Shown here one piece after another: positions 11,576-24,420 of a stretch of DNA of 64,000 nucleotides. The stretch is from positions 18,407,564-18,471,563 of the forward strand of contig NC_068999.1 of assembly GCF_001194135.2 (NCBI RefSeq), given 5' to 3'. Positions within the stretch are counted from its first letter, which is position 1. Each line of letters opens with the position of its first letter. Both the position numbers and the translations under genes were made by a program. The stretch is from Octopus bimaculoides. Taxonomy: Eukaryota. A model generated the notes under the pieces. That model did no database searches, had not been told where the DNA came from, and saw only the letters and a list, made by a program, of their open reading frames with translations.

Positions 11576-14500
11576 TCAGTGAAATACAAGAGTACGTCCT
11601 CATAAATGAAACAACCCCTGTTCTAAATACGAGATACACGTAGAATGGAGAATACCCACATATTATAAATACACAGGTAGATTTTACTAGGTTCTTATGT
11701 AGGCGTATATTATTAATGCGTAGGTGCATATGTAATGCGAACAGATAACTACACACACATACACACAAAATACTCGATGAAGACACATGACTATATACAC
11801 GTACGTACATTCCACACACGCGCATACACAACACCAAATATGGAGACACACATCCATGCATAATAGACGTGAAGAACATAGTCACACAAACACATACACA
11901 TAAACGCACGCAAGCACGCACACAAAAAGTAACGAACTCCGGATGACAGGAGAAAGATCGCCATTCCCTTGAAAATAATCAAGAAAAAAACATTAACATG
12001 TTCTCTATTTAAAGAAAGCTAGAATATAAAATCTTACGGTACAAACAAATTACATTTTTGAAATCACATTTAGTTCAAAACATATTTAAATGATTAAAAT
12101 ATTGTGTACGCCAAAAAGTCAACGTCTTTCTTTTCTTAGAGTGCAGAAATCTATGTGTGCATATGTTATGATAGAAGACGTGTGCTTTTGTTGAGTGACG
12201 CGCCATGATAATCAGTGTATAAATATGTATTCTGTACGTCCGTATGTGTGTTGAAATCTCGGAAGCTATGTAGACAGACGTACACTGTTAAATACACATA
12301 CATACACAAACATACAAACATACAAACACACAGACTTAAACAAACCCATGAAAATGCAGAATACATACAAACGTATAGACAGGCATATATACATTCCTAT
12401 ATATATATATATATNNNNNNNNNNNNNNNNNNNNNNNNNNNNNNNNNNNNNNNNNNNNNNNNNNNNNNNNNNNNNNNNNNNNNNNNNNNNATATATATAA
12501 TACAGAATGGGACAAGAACGCAAAACATCCAGATATTTAGGTGATACAGGAAAGGAATAAAACATCCAGATAGACGGTACAAAGAAAACAAGGACAGGTC
12601 ATCCATATTTTTGCAATTTCGGCTGGTTATTTTTGATATTGCTCCAATCTGGCCAGCCCCAAGGAAAAACTAATCTAAGAGCATTAGATTCCTTGGAAGA
12701 AAGCAGCCAATTTATACAAAAACAAGGACGGTAAAAAAACGAACAATGTTACACAAATACAATTAAAATAACAGGGCATAACAGCAGATGTATTTCGACT
12801 GATGAATTATACTAAATTAAGCTGGCGTGTGTGGAAATAAGGCCTTACAACAGGGACACATGATTTCACATGCGCAGAGAGGAATAACGATGTTGCACGC
12901 ACAATGGCCGGTCAAAAAAGAAGGATCAAGCTTGGCCGAACATCGGTCACGTGGGAAGAGAAGAGAGAGGTAGAAGCAGATGGCCAAAAGAATTAAGTAG
13001 GGGCGAGAAAGAATTACAGGGACACAGTGAAGTGAAAAGTGGGGTGAAAGTGAGCAAGTTATGATATATATGATTGCACAAGCATACATACATGCACACA
13101 TATGTATATACCCATTCACACTGACGCATATATATGCACATAAACAAACAAAAAGAACGCAGTTCCGATAACCGATACAATCAATAACTATTTAAGACAT
13201 TGCAAGAAGCAATGAAACTTTTAGAAGAAAGAATTAAATATTTAAGTAAATGAGTGGAAATTGAACCTGTCAGTGTATTAATTAAAAATACATTAAAACA
13301 GAATGAGTCTCCCGACCCACAGTATTATACACATAATCTTATTGATACTAAAACTGTAAAGATGTTTGTCTGTACCCGAAATATCTCAGAAATAATATAT
13401 TTCTTCTTTTTTTCTTTTGGCATATTTTCATATTTACCTTCGGCAGTGCAGTACAGTTTTTGGTGATATTTGAACCTCTATTTATTATTGAAAATGGTTA
13501 AACAGAGTTTATGTTTGTAATTTCTAGACGAAAAAAAATCATAGCTTCCGTGACTTCAACATACATACAGACATACAGAGTACACACACATACACTGAAT
13601 TTCATGCCGTGTCACTCAACAGAAACACACGTCCTCTATCATGACATATACACTCACATAGACTCTGCTCTCCAAGAAAAAGAAAGACGTAGACATTTTG
13701 ATGTACACAATATTTTAATCATTTAAATATATTTTTAGCTAATTGTGATTTCAAAAATGTAAGTTGTTTGTACAGTAAGATTTTATATTTTAGCTTTCTT
13801 TAAATAGCGAATATTTTCATGTTATTTTTTTCTTGATTACTTTCAAATGAATGGCGATCCTTCGCTTGTCATCCGGGGTTCGTTAGTTTGCGTTTTTTTT
13901 TTCTTTAAGTTATTTACTTTTGTTCTAAAGCGAAAGAGAGGAGAAAGTGAAAGATGTACGTGTATATGAAATGGATGTGTATGAGGAAGAGGGAGAGAGA
14001 GGGAGAGAGAGTGAAGGGGTGTGTTGTCATTTATACGTACATACATCAATACCTTTGCGTACATCGTACATCTTTTTTGTATTTATGTGTGCATGTGTGT
14101 TTGTGTGTGAGAGAGAGAGAGAGATAGTGAGTGAGATGAGTGAACGTGCGCGTTCTCATGTATGTGTAAGTGGTATTTTCCCCCTCTCTGTCTCTCACAT
14201 ACACACACACACACACACACACGTACATTTGATATACATATACATCTTTCATTTTTTCCTCTCTTTCACTTTTAAACAAATATAAATAAATACATTACGG
14301 AAATTGAAGAAGAAAACCAGTTCAGCTGGATGACAGTTCTGAGACTCGAAGCAACAGTTCCAGGAGGCAAAACGAAAGTTCGCTCCAAGGTAATACCATT
14401 ACAAAATTAATTTTTCTTGATTCAAAGTATCTTACCTCCAAAGATTTGGCAGATATTTCTAGCACGCCCTGCTACGACGTAAAAGCTATTTGCGATATAG

Positions 14501-15925
14501 GACCCGAAATACCTCGTACGTGGTAGCGGAGCGTGCAAGAAATGCAGCCAAATCTTTCCTTTTCTGGGGAAATGTGCCGTTTACGCATAATTTCGATGTC
14601 ACAGTCGTTGAAGACATGCGTAATATCCTGGAAAAGAAAAAGAAACCCACGAAGCATAACTCCGTTACCTAGAAACTCAGACTTTCCACTTGACACATAA
14701 GATAACATGTTTATATGTGAGATATAAGTCACAACAATTTAGCGTCATTCAGAATGCTATTAGGTTCGTGACCTTCTGACACAAGTCGTACAACACTCAT
14801 CTGTCCTTGGAATACGATGATTTCCCTACTTACTCCATAGTGATATGACCAAGTCTGGTAAAATGTATTGTAACGTCTTAGAGCGTAGGATATTCAGAAG
14901 CAAATTTCAGAAGCAAATTTCAGGTAGAACTAGCAATTAGGATAGAAAGTAGATTAGGAATCTCTTCAATATTACCAAATATGTGGTTGTATGTACGTTT
15001 ACGCATGCAGTTCTAAATATATATACTCTACGCATTAATGTTTTAATTATGGTGGCTTGCCTATTTATAGAAACGTTTTAATTTGAGTAACGATACATAC
15101 TGCATTAAAACACTATACACACATATAAGATTATTGTGAGGAAACTTGTATGACATAGATTCATATCAAATACTTCGGCTCTGTTACTAGTATATTCCAA
15201 GAACTTGCAGTTATATTTCTAACAACGAATGCATACTTCAAAATATCGTGGTGCAACAATATTTGTTGTATGATTACCTCCTATCTGGCAACATCAGAAA
15301 TTCAGGAAATGAAATACTTGGCGTCAAACCATATTGTTCATTCAGAAAGTTTAAATCAATAATTGACCTTTTAACATCATTTCTTCCACCAATGACAACA
15401 AAATATTTCAATATACGATCCGTTCATTCGACTTTCAGTGAAATGTACCCAATTAGGTTAAGAGGGTACATCATCTAGTGCATTTCTGTGAAGATTTGTG
15501 AAAGGTAGACCTTCAGTAGAATCGTTATGTGTGTTCAATTTATACTGATTAAAGTAATACATGCTTTCTCTATCCATATACCTACTTCCTATTTTTGTAC
15601 ACACGCAAACATATACACAAGTTCACACAGGGATATATGTACGCATATACACACATATACTTATGATTGAATATATGTATATATGTGTGTGTGTTTGTGT
15701 ATGCCCGACTATTTGGGTCTCCAACAAAGCCTTTTGCAATAACGTTTAAGCCAGGAACTATTCAGCACCGTCTCATAGATTTCCCGAGAGTTATCATCGT
15801 CCTTCTTGCGTACATTATAATGGTTAAGGAAATTCATTATTTAATTATGTTATCAGTTATGATAAACGATAAATCGTAGAAGAAATTACCATAAATACAA
15901 CTTGACGTTATTAATTCCGACATAT

Positions 15926-16291
15926 AGGCGCAGGTGGGGCTGTGTGGTAAGTTGGTTTCCTCACCAACCACATGATTCCGGGTTCAGCCGCACTGCGTGA
16001 CAACCTGAGCAAGTGTCTTCTACTATAGCCTCGGAGCGACCAAAGCCTTCTCAGTGGATTTGGTAGACTGAATTGAAAGAAGCCCGTCGCGTATGTGTGT
16101 ATGTGTTTGTTCCCACCTCCATCGCTTTACAACCGATGCTGGTATGTTTACATCTCCCTAATCTAGTAGTTCAGAGGAAACGCCCGAAAAAATAAGTACT
16201 AGGATTAGAGAAATAAGTACTTAGGTCGATTTCTTCGACTAAGTGGTGTATTCCAACATGGCCGCAGTCAAATGACTGAAATAAATTAAAG
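15926..16291 (+). mobile_element. SINE family A (tRNA-derived head, internal microsatellite), full length
   Basis: A-box-like GGCTGTGTGGTAAG and B-box-like GGTTCAGCCGC; body ...AAGAAGCCCGTCG-(GT-rich)-TGTTTGTTCCC...; tail CATGGCCGCAGTCAAATGACTGAA. Five more copies in the window. Confidence 0.88.
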
Positions 16292-16607
16292 TGTAAAGGG
16301 GAATATATTTTGCCATTGTGATTTTTTGCAAACTTATTAACATCCTTTTATTTCACATTGTGTCCTTTTTTATGCTCTATTTTGTCTTTATGTCCTTCAT
16401 TTGTCTCTCCATTTGTCTAGATTATTTGTCCCTATCTATTATTGTCTAACAGTTGCATCGTATCTTCTTCCCTCTGAAACTACTTATAAAATGACTCGCT
16501 ATCTACCAAATTCTGCGCATGCTATCTATATAAAGTATAAAGCAATCATCTAAATACTACTTCCAGTTCTCCTTTATATATACACACTCACATACACACA
16601 CACACAC

Positions 16608-16662
<55 letters not shown>

Positions 16663-18185
16663 TACATACACATGTGCACATATATATAAATATGTATATA
16701 TATATATGCATGTATGTATGCATACATATATATATATATATATACGCACACACACACACATATGTGTGGCAACGTGTAACATGTTATGGGAAAGTTATTG
16801 TTCTACTATTTGTTGAATCGAATGTTTTTGAATAAGGTTTCTTTATATGTGTGTGTGCGTGTGTGTGTATACTTGTATACACGTTTACATATTCTTACAT
16901 CTGCACAAACACATATATATATAAAGTATTATACAAAATACATAAGTTGAATTATATATGCACACCTATATGTACAATATCATCTTGTATAACAGGACTG
17001 TACGATATTTATTTATGAAATATCATTTCGCCCTTATTTTAGGGGTTATAATTATGAGATCGCAATTACCACAAGGTCGCTTTCTGAAGAGATTTTGTCA
17101 CCAGTAACGACGTCTCCTGTGTTGAAAATCTATTAAGGTAAATGGTAGAACTATTGACTGGAAGTAACAGAACATTCCTGGATTCATAAGTCGAATCGTC
17201 GCCTTCACTCACATTGTACAAACATATCTCCAGTGTAGAAGTGATTTAAGCACAAAGAAAAATATGTGAATACTTTCACCACCTAGGTACTTTGCATGAT
17301 TTAAACAGAAATAAGCGAAAAGAAATAACACTTTAATAATAAATCCGAGGAAATTCCTTCCAAGGTTGTACTACAAAATTATTCATAATACGAGAAAATG
17401 TACTGGGAAAGTGGGCCTGAATAAACAAGTCGTTAGTTTCTACAAAACTTTGGTCGATAAAGTGCTTTACATGGGGCCCATCGATGTCTAGTTCTCAGGA
17501 ATTCAAACGCTAGATGATTTATTGAATGTATATAGAAAGGATTCCTTGGAGGAAAATGTAGGATTTAGTCGTTAAAATTAGTGTTGAAACTTTGCCTTCC
17601 ATCTACTTCAGGTGTACTTTCGACTCTTGTAGAGTACGTTCAGGAAATATAATAAATGAGATTACAGCAACAACGTTTGGCGTATCTGTTCCACAAGTTA
17701 TCGAAGGAAAAGTATGGACGCTTTTATAATAATATAAGATACGTTGTAAGTGAAAAAAAATAACTAAGAATATATATTACGCTGTCAAGAAGTTTACGAA
17801 TGTTTACCGATATAACATGTAATCTTGGTTTGAGAAATTTAGCTCATACGAATTCTTACGATATCTCGCATGAGTCTTTGTTACTTACCTCAAATACAAG
17901 GATTACGCAACATTAAAACAACTTAAGAATAAAATGACATTGTGAAATTCTCTGATCATCAGGTTAATAGATTAATGGACATAAATGAATGTAAATAGCA
18001 AACCAATTGCATAAGCAAGAAAACAGATCAAAGTTCGATATAATCCTTTTTTAATGTCACGTTTAAATGAAACACTTGTTCTCTTTCAACACACGAACAT
18101 ATTCACGCACACACAGAGATATATGTAAGTGCATGTATAAGCTGATTCAGGCAATTATATACGTATATATGCGTACAGGTATATA

Positions 18186-18235
<50 letters not shown>

Positions 18236-18854
18236 CATATATATACACCGGTGTAATTCAACTAAAATTAATCATCACAAAAAAAAAATAATAATATTTT
18301 CAACGAGGAATAATTTAGCGATATTTATGCTGCACAGTGATCTATGCTTTTACTTCTCACACTTAACAACGTAAGTGCAATCAAATATTTGAAAATATAA
18401 AATATATTTGACAAGAATTGCAATGTATTATTAAATACGAAAATTTAAATAATATGTTCGGTTTGTATACGATTATTGAAAACTTGTAACTAAGTGCGCT
18501 GAAATAATGTTTCAGTGTTATTTGTTGGACAACGTCTTTGAAGGAAGTTAGTTCAAAATTATATAATTCAATACTTACCTCAGGAACTAGTATTATATTC
18601 ATTTTTTAAAAAAAGTCTCTACAATTTAATTTGAGAACTCATGTCAACACTATCTCAATCAGTCTTTACAGTTCCATGGAGAAACCTACATAACCAAACA
18701 CAAACAAACGCACAAACAACTACACATTTCCAAAGGGTCACAGATGTTCAACACATATGTGTAGACAGTGTCTGTTTGGTGGTGCGTCTGTGTATAACAG
18801 TGTGTATAACTACATAAATACATATGCGAATTTATCACTTTATGCACCTGCAAC

Positions 18855-19056
18855 GACCGGTTTCGCTTTCGTAAATCATGATATTGAAATTATTGTAATG
18901 TTGCATTTCCTTAAGAAGATTTTAAGCCATGTTCTTATATGAAAGTTAACGATTTATTCACAATATTTCATAAAAAAAACATGAACTAAAATCTTCTTTA
19001 TTAAATACAAAACCACAATAATTTTATTGTGATGTTTAGCGACAGCGAAACCGGTC
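18855..19056. mobile_element. 202-bp near-palindromic foldback/MITE-like element
   Basis: Arms 18855-18944 and 18966-19056 are inverted copies (GACCGGTTTCGCT...AAGAAGATTTTA...CATGTT...TATGAAA) around a 21-nt spacer. Confidence 0.8.
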
Positions 19057-19104
19057 TTTAATTTAAAATATATTAAAACTAGGTAACGTGAATGCATTTT
19101 CTTC

Positions 19105-19107
<3 letters not shown>

Positions 19108-19193
<86 letters not shown>

Positions 19194-19195
19194 GT
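19108..19195. repeat. (ATT)n/(CAT)n microsatellite
   Basis: Direct reading; abuts the 3' end of the R4/Dong-type copy at 19191. Confidence 0.97.
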
Positions 19196-19547
19196 AGTTC
19201 TATTTTTTATAGCGTGCTTTCACTTCAATACCAAGCGCATCACTGTGTGTTTTTATTACGTATTTGTCTGAATATTTTTTATCATAGCTAATGCGCCTAC
19301 TATGATAGGAATTGTTTCTGCTTTTAGATTCCACATTCGAGTTACCTCTATTTCCAAGTCTTTGTATTTTGAAAGTCTCTCCATTTCTTTTAGAGAAACG
19401 TTGTCATCCGCTGGTATTGATACATCAATTAGAAAGCATTTTTTCTTCATGATCTCTGACTACTATACCTGGCCAATTGGCCTTAATTTCTCTATCTGTG
19501 TGTATTGGGATATCCCAGTGTATGGTTGCTTTCTCGTTTTCTGTGAC

Positions 19548-19548
<1 letters not shown>
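19191..19548 (-). mobile_element. R4/Dong-type LINE 3' fragment (RLE domain), internally deleted
   Basis: Minus strand TIHWDIPIHTDREIKANWPGIVVRD / KKKCFLIDVSIPADDNVSLKEMERLSKYKDLEIEVTRMWNLKAETIPIIVGALA, a PD-(D/E)xK restriction-like endonuclease. Lacks ~150 nt relative to the neighbouring copy. Confidence 0.85.
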
Positions 19549-19592
<44 letters not shown>

Positions 19593-19623
19593 GTATTATT
19601 ATTATTATTAGTAGTAGTATTAT

Positions 19624-19965
19624 TCAGTAGTTTTATTTTTATGACGTGCTTTCACTTCACTACCGAGCGCAGCTCTGTGCGCCTTGGGCATATGTTGTAC
19701 TTTACTGTGATGTTCTTATGGTTACTGTATTGAAAGTGTTTCGCGTAGGATGTGTGCAGTGCCCAGCAGTGCAATTTTCTGTATGTTATATATATTTCTA
19801 AGTCCTGGTGTTTTTGTTATGTATTTGTCTGTATAACTATTTATTATACCTAAGGCACCTACTATGATAGAAATTGTTTCTGTTTTTAGATTCCACATTC
19901 GAGTTACCTCTATTTCCAGGCCTTTGTATTTTGAAAGTGTTTTCCATTTCTTTTAGAGAAACGTT
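19624..19965 (-). mobile_element. R4/Dong-type LINE 3' end (RLE C-terminus plus 3' UTR), 5' truncated
   Basis: NVSLKEMETLSKYKGLEIEVTRMWNLKTETISIIVGALGII...QKIALLGTAHILRETLSIQ*. Same 3' UTR terminus (…GAAAGCACG…ACTACTGA) as the copy at 19191. Confidence 0.87.
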
Positions 19966-20101
19966 GACCCTCACCTCGTTCGTGATGGACGGGAGTTAAT
20001 GTGTGGCCATGTGGCGACCCCCCGCCGGGAGATAAGGAAGGAAAGCGTACCCCGGCCGGGACCCAATACTGCGACCACACCAGTTATAGCCGCATCCGGG
20101 G
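19966..20101 (-). other. GC-rich 136-bp non-coding module between the AAT array and the truncated LINE
   Basis: GC-rich island in AT-rich DNA. The minus strand starts CCCCGG directly after (AAT)n and has pairable segments CCCCGG/CCGGGG and TGCGGCTA/TGGTCGCA. Function and strand are inferred only. Confidence 0.5.
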
Positions 20102-20149
<48 letters not shown>

Positions 20150-20180
20150 ATTATTATTACTATTATTATTATTAATATTA

Positions 20181-20214
<34 letters not shown>

Positions 20215-20249
20215 CATTATTATTATTATTGTTATTATTNNNNNNNNNN

Positions 20250-20296
<47 letters not shown>

Positions 20297-20337
20297 ATTA
20301 TTATTATTATTATTAATATTATTATCATTATTATTAA

Positions 20338-20406
<69 letters not shown>

Positions 20407-20407
20407 C
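20101..20407. repeat. (ATT)n microsatellite with a 10-nt N gap
   Basis: Direct reading. Confidence 0.97.
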
Positions 20408-20560
20408 ATATATGCTCCGGGGATGTAGCAGTCACTACTGGTGAGCTTTAATTCTATGCCAAACTAGACTAACATAGAGATTTCCCTCACCACGCTGTGG
20501 GGTGGTTATTTACCCTGTTAGTGTATGGAACTCTCTTCCATGCACATAATTGTTTTTAAC
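20408..20560 (-). other. Non-repetitive module ending at the AAT array (possible 3' end of another element)
   Basis: Minus strand ...CCACCCCACAGCGTGGTGAGGGAAATCTC...CCCCGGAGCAT runs directly into (AAT)n. No coding match. Confidence 0.35.
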
Positions 20561-20994
20561 TCTAATTTCTAGCAATGTAAGTTCTACCCTGCAATGACAG
20601 TAATAATTATTGGCAATTGAAGTGTTTCCTTTTGGCTTTATATTGAATATAGCCGCCTACTCGTTTATATATACATGTGTGTGTGTGCCTGTGCTGTGTG
20701 TGTGTGTGCGTGTGCATGTGTATGTGTGAATATGCGCGCGCGCGCGTAAACCTACCGGCTATTCACCCCTTGACGCCCACAAATGTATCTCTGCGTCTAC
20801 GTTATCAGCAGAAATATCATCACGTAATGTGGTTAACCGATAGGTGAGGCACTGACATTTGCTCCTACCCCGATCAAACTAAACCTGGGAAAAATAATGT
20901 CTAAGAATTTGTACTCAAATCCATAAAGTCCTTGCCCACTCAAAACAAAACCCTATTACTGAATGCATTACATATATACATACATAGTTGCAGA

Positions 20995-21023
20995 GATACT
21001 TATATAGATACATAGTTAGATAG

Positions 21024-21054
<31 letters not shown>

Positions 21055-21110
21055 GATAGATAGATAGATCGATACATAAATACATACATACATACATACA
21101 TACATACATA
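20995..21110. repeat. (GATA)n/(CATA)n tetranucleotide microsatellite
   Basis: Direct reading. Confidence 0.95.
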
Positions 21111-21359
21111 GGGATATAAAGGGACACAAGGATCCAGGGTTTGGCACACCCCACGAGGCAAGCTGCATTTAAGTTTGAACGCAGATTTGTTAATGTAATT
21201 TGAAAAATTTTATGGATTTCTATATGTAGCTAGTCAACACACTTGTCTCGTCTGAACAACAGAATTTCATTAATGATTTATTTTCTGGCTCCTTCAGGCT
21301 CCTTAATGCAGGAGATTGTTTTCACATTTATCTCTGTCCATTTGTTTCTCTATACCAAC

Positions 21360-21485
<126 letters not shown>

Positions 21486-22947
21486 CGTTCTTTCTTTATC
21501 TACTTCTTTCGCTGTCTGTCTCTTCTATATCTACTTCCGCTTTACTATCTAGAATATTCGGTTAATACAGAACTATTATTGGTAAATCGGGATGTACAAC
21601 TTGATGTGACGACCTGTTTATTATACTCTATGACATAAAGCACAACCTGAATAACATAGGTCAATAGTTTATATTTTATTTATACGATGATTTATGCATT
21701 TATTTAATTTCTCCGAATCCTTAACCTTGTCAAACCGCTTGCATATAAAAATCATACGTAAATGATCGAAAATTAGAGATCAATATTACATCATATATTT
21801 GTGCAAATTACCTCCACTAGCCATATTCGTAATTATTATGACGATGATTGTGATAATGTACATGCTGGTGACAATGATAACGATGATCAGAATAACATAA
21901 GAGATAACAACAAAAAGAAACAAGAACAATATAATTTAAAATGGTGATATTAGAATGTAAAAGAATATAAATACTTATAGCTAATAAGCGAACAATTACT
22001 TGCCTCTTTTGTCATTTCTTTGCTTCTAGAATATTCTGAAGGACATTGCAAAGCGTATTATCATCTGCAATGAATGAAAGAATAAAACAATTTAAAAGAA
22101 AAAAAAATATTGCGAAATTAGTTCTGTTACGGCTTTTTAGCAGCTAAGGTGACTCAATCAACTTAATTGTGTAGGTCGATTTAACCACAGCAAATCGCAC
22201 GTACGCCTCTATTACCACACACAAAAACACACACGCAACAGCAACAACAAAATACACACAGCAACACACACATACACTCAGAAACACAGTCGCCTATACA
22301 CACATATAAAAATATAGATGTATATGTCTGTATGTGCGTGCGTGCATACGTGTATATATGTATATACATGTATGTGCTTGTGTATGATTGTGTATACATT
22401 GTAAGTAGATTTCTAATAACACACACATATACACAGCCATTTCTAAGAACGCTAGCCAGTTAATCAAAGAAAGTAATTCGCACTCTAAGCTTATCGTGTA
22501 GCAAAAAATAAAGTAAAACACAATACCCTTGTATATAATGATATCAAAGTCAATTAATTGTATAGTTAATTATATCCTCTTTCTGGTTCAATACTTAGTA
22601 ATTACTGCTTGTTAAAGAAGTGTGCATATTTGCCGAAGTGAATATATCGCTGTGTGCTTGTATATGACTGTTTCTTTTCAATACGGATCTGTGAGTATTC
22701 TGAACAGTGTGTGTGTCATAATATAAGAAGAAAAAACAGAAAACGTGGAAATAAATTTCTCCATGGTCGATATGTTGATTAAACATGCTAGTTAACGAAT
22801 TAATTGCAGGGGTAGGAAACTTAAAGAGCAAAGTATAAAATAGAATTACATACATACATACATACATACATACTTACACACACACCCACACACCCACACA
22901 CACACACAAATGGAAACATAAAGACTATGAATATAAGNNNNNNNNNN

Positions 22948-22983
<36 letters not shown>

Positions 22984-23440
22984 ACGTGTGTACAGGAACA
23001 TTATAGTATTTCAAAACAACAATGAAAGCAAATTTTGTCCGATCTCTTTTATTAATGAATCTATACAATATCTTCTTCCATGGAATTGAAGAATGGTATC
23101 AGAAGTGACAGTATGTTTTGGAGTTGCTGCTACTATCTTAAAATAATAATTCTTTCAAATTTTGACAGAAGACCAGAAGTTTTTTTTTTTTTGTGACAAG
23201 TGTTAGTTGATTACATGCAAACCAGAATTTGGCTAGTACATATTTTATTAAATCTGAAAGTGATAAAGGTAATGTTGACATACGAGGAGTTCCAACTGAA
23301 AATGCAAAGGATATAAAATATGTTAAAGATTTTATCCGGCAACAGTAAAGATTCAAATAGTGGTACGGAACCATAATAAAGCTTTCCATTAGAGGCACAC
23401 ATGCTGAAATTCTGTGGTGCAGCGTAAAGTTGATAACATT

Positions 23441-23595
23441 TACTCTAGCACTTGATGGTATTTATTTTTTCTCGACCTCAAACGGACGCGAGTCTAACTC
23501 GAATGGGGCGGAAATTGATCTCAGAATGTAGGGGCGGACAGAATGCCGTTAAGTAATTTACACGGGATTACTAACGATTCCGCTAACTTATCACC
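23441..23595 (-). mobile_element. SINE family B copy, degraded
   Basis: Aligns by eye to the better copies at 33221 and 52981 (GGCGGAAATTGATCTCAGAATGTA...CTAACGATTCCGC). Confidence 0.6.
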
Positions 23596-23620
23596 GTGAT
23601 AAAGACATAATCATAATTAT

Positions 23621-23818
23621 TTCCACTAAACGTACAAAGCCAGAAAGTTTTAGGGAAGACAGTAGTTAATTACATCGGTCCCAGCGATAAACTTGTACAT
23701 ATTTTGTCGACCCGTAAAGACAAAAAGAAAAGTCGATTTCGGCAAAATTTGAACACAGAAACTAAAAGCGGATCAAATGCCGATATGCATTTTACCTGGC
23801 GTGCTAATGATTCTGCCA
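23621..23818 (-). mobile_element. SINE family B copy, near full length
   Basis: AAAGTCGATTTCGGCAAAATTTGAACACAGAA...GGCGTGCTAATGATTCTGCC matches family B. Abuts the Helitron relic. Confidence 0.75.
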
Positions 23819-23820
23819 TT

Positions 23821-24420
23821 AGCAGAAAAGGAAGGGTTTTCTCACTGGGACGGAGGTTGATGCGCAGAATAAAGGCCTACTCTCAGATTTTACTTCCACT
23901 AAGTATTTTTCCACGAATGAAAACATTATTGATGGACAAGATTAAGATCCGGGTACCATTAAGTAAACCTCTTATTGCGGTCAGGTTCCTCCGCAACATG
24001 CCTATTGAATGCCTCTTGAAGATAAGTATGTGAGGTGGCATCCCAGAAAGTGTCATTGAATTAAAAGACGCCAATGGATAATGTATAACAGCTTCATTAT
24101 TTCCTTCAACAATGCTGTCAACACTTCTGCAAAGTGTGGCCTCACCGGGCAATAATGATTTGTCAGCTCTTACGGGAAGATAATCTGTGGTTTTAGGTCT
24201 CAAAATGATTGTCAATGACATTCTTTTAAGTGCCTCATCATTTTCTATTAATACTTCCTCCCCGCAAAACTTCTCTAACAATGTTATTTGTAGATTCCAT
24301 GTTTTGGAGAATTTCTATGAGGTTTTCTTCCAGCCTTCAATGTTGGAGAGGGTTCCATTTCCTAGGCAGTAAGAGTCACATGTTGAAGTCATCTTATCCA
24401 GTCATTTTGGATCAGATGAC
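23821..24420 (-). mobile_element. Helitron RepHel PIF1-like helicase relic
   Basis: LGNGTL...ENLIEI...IILRPKT...LLPGEATLCRSVDS...YPLASFNSMTLSGMPPHILIFKRHSIGMLRRNLTAIRGLLNGTRILI...FILRINLRPSEKTLPF matches the Helitron helicase SGxPPHxLxLKxGxxxMLLRNL...GLCNGTR...IPRI...LPF. Confidence 0.9.

Noticed and set aside
12500-13050. Sequence resembling a recurrent octopus interspersed repeat
   Set aside because: Recalled from memory only; no second copy, termini or coding motif in the window.
21995-22066. Strong splice acceptors on both strands
   Set aside because: All frames hit stops within about 20 codons; no supporting neighbours.
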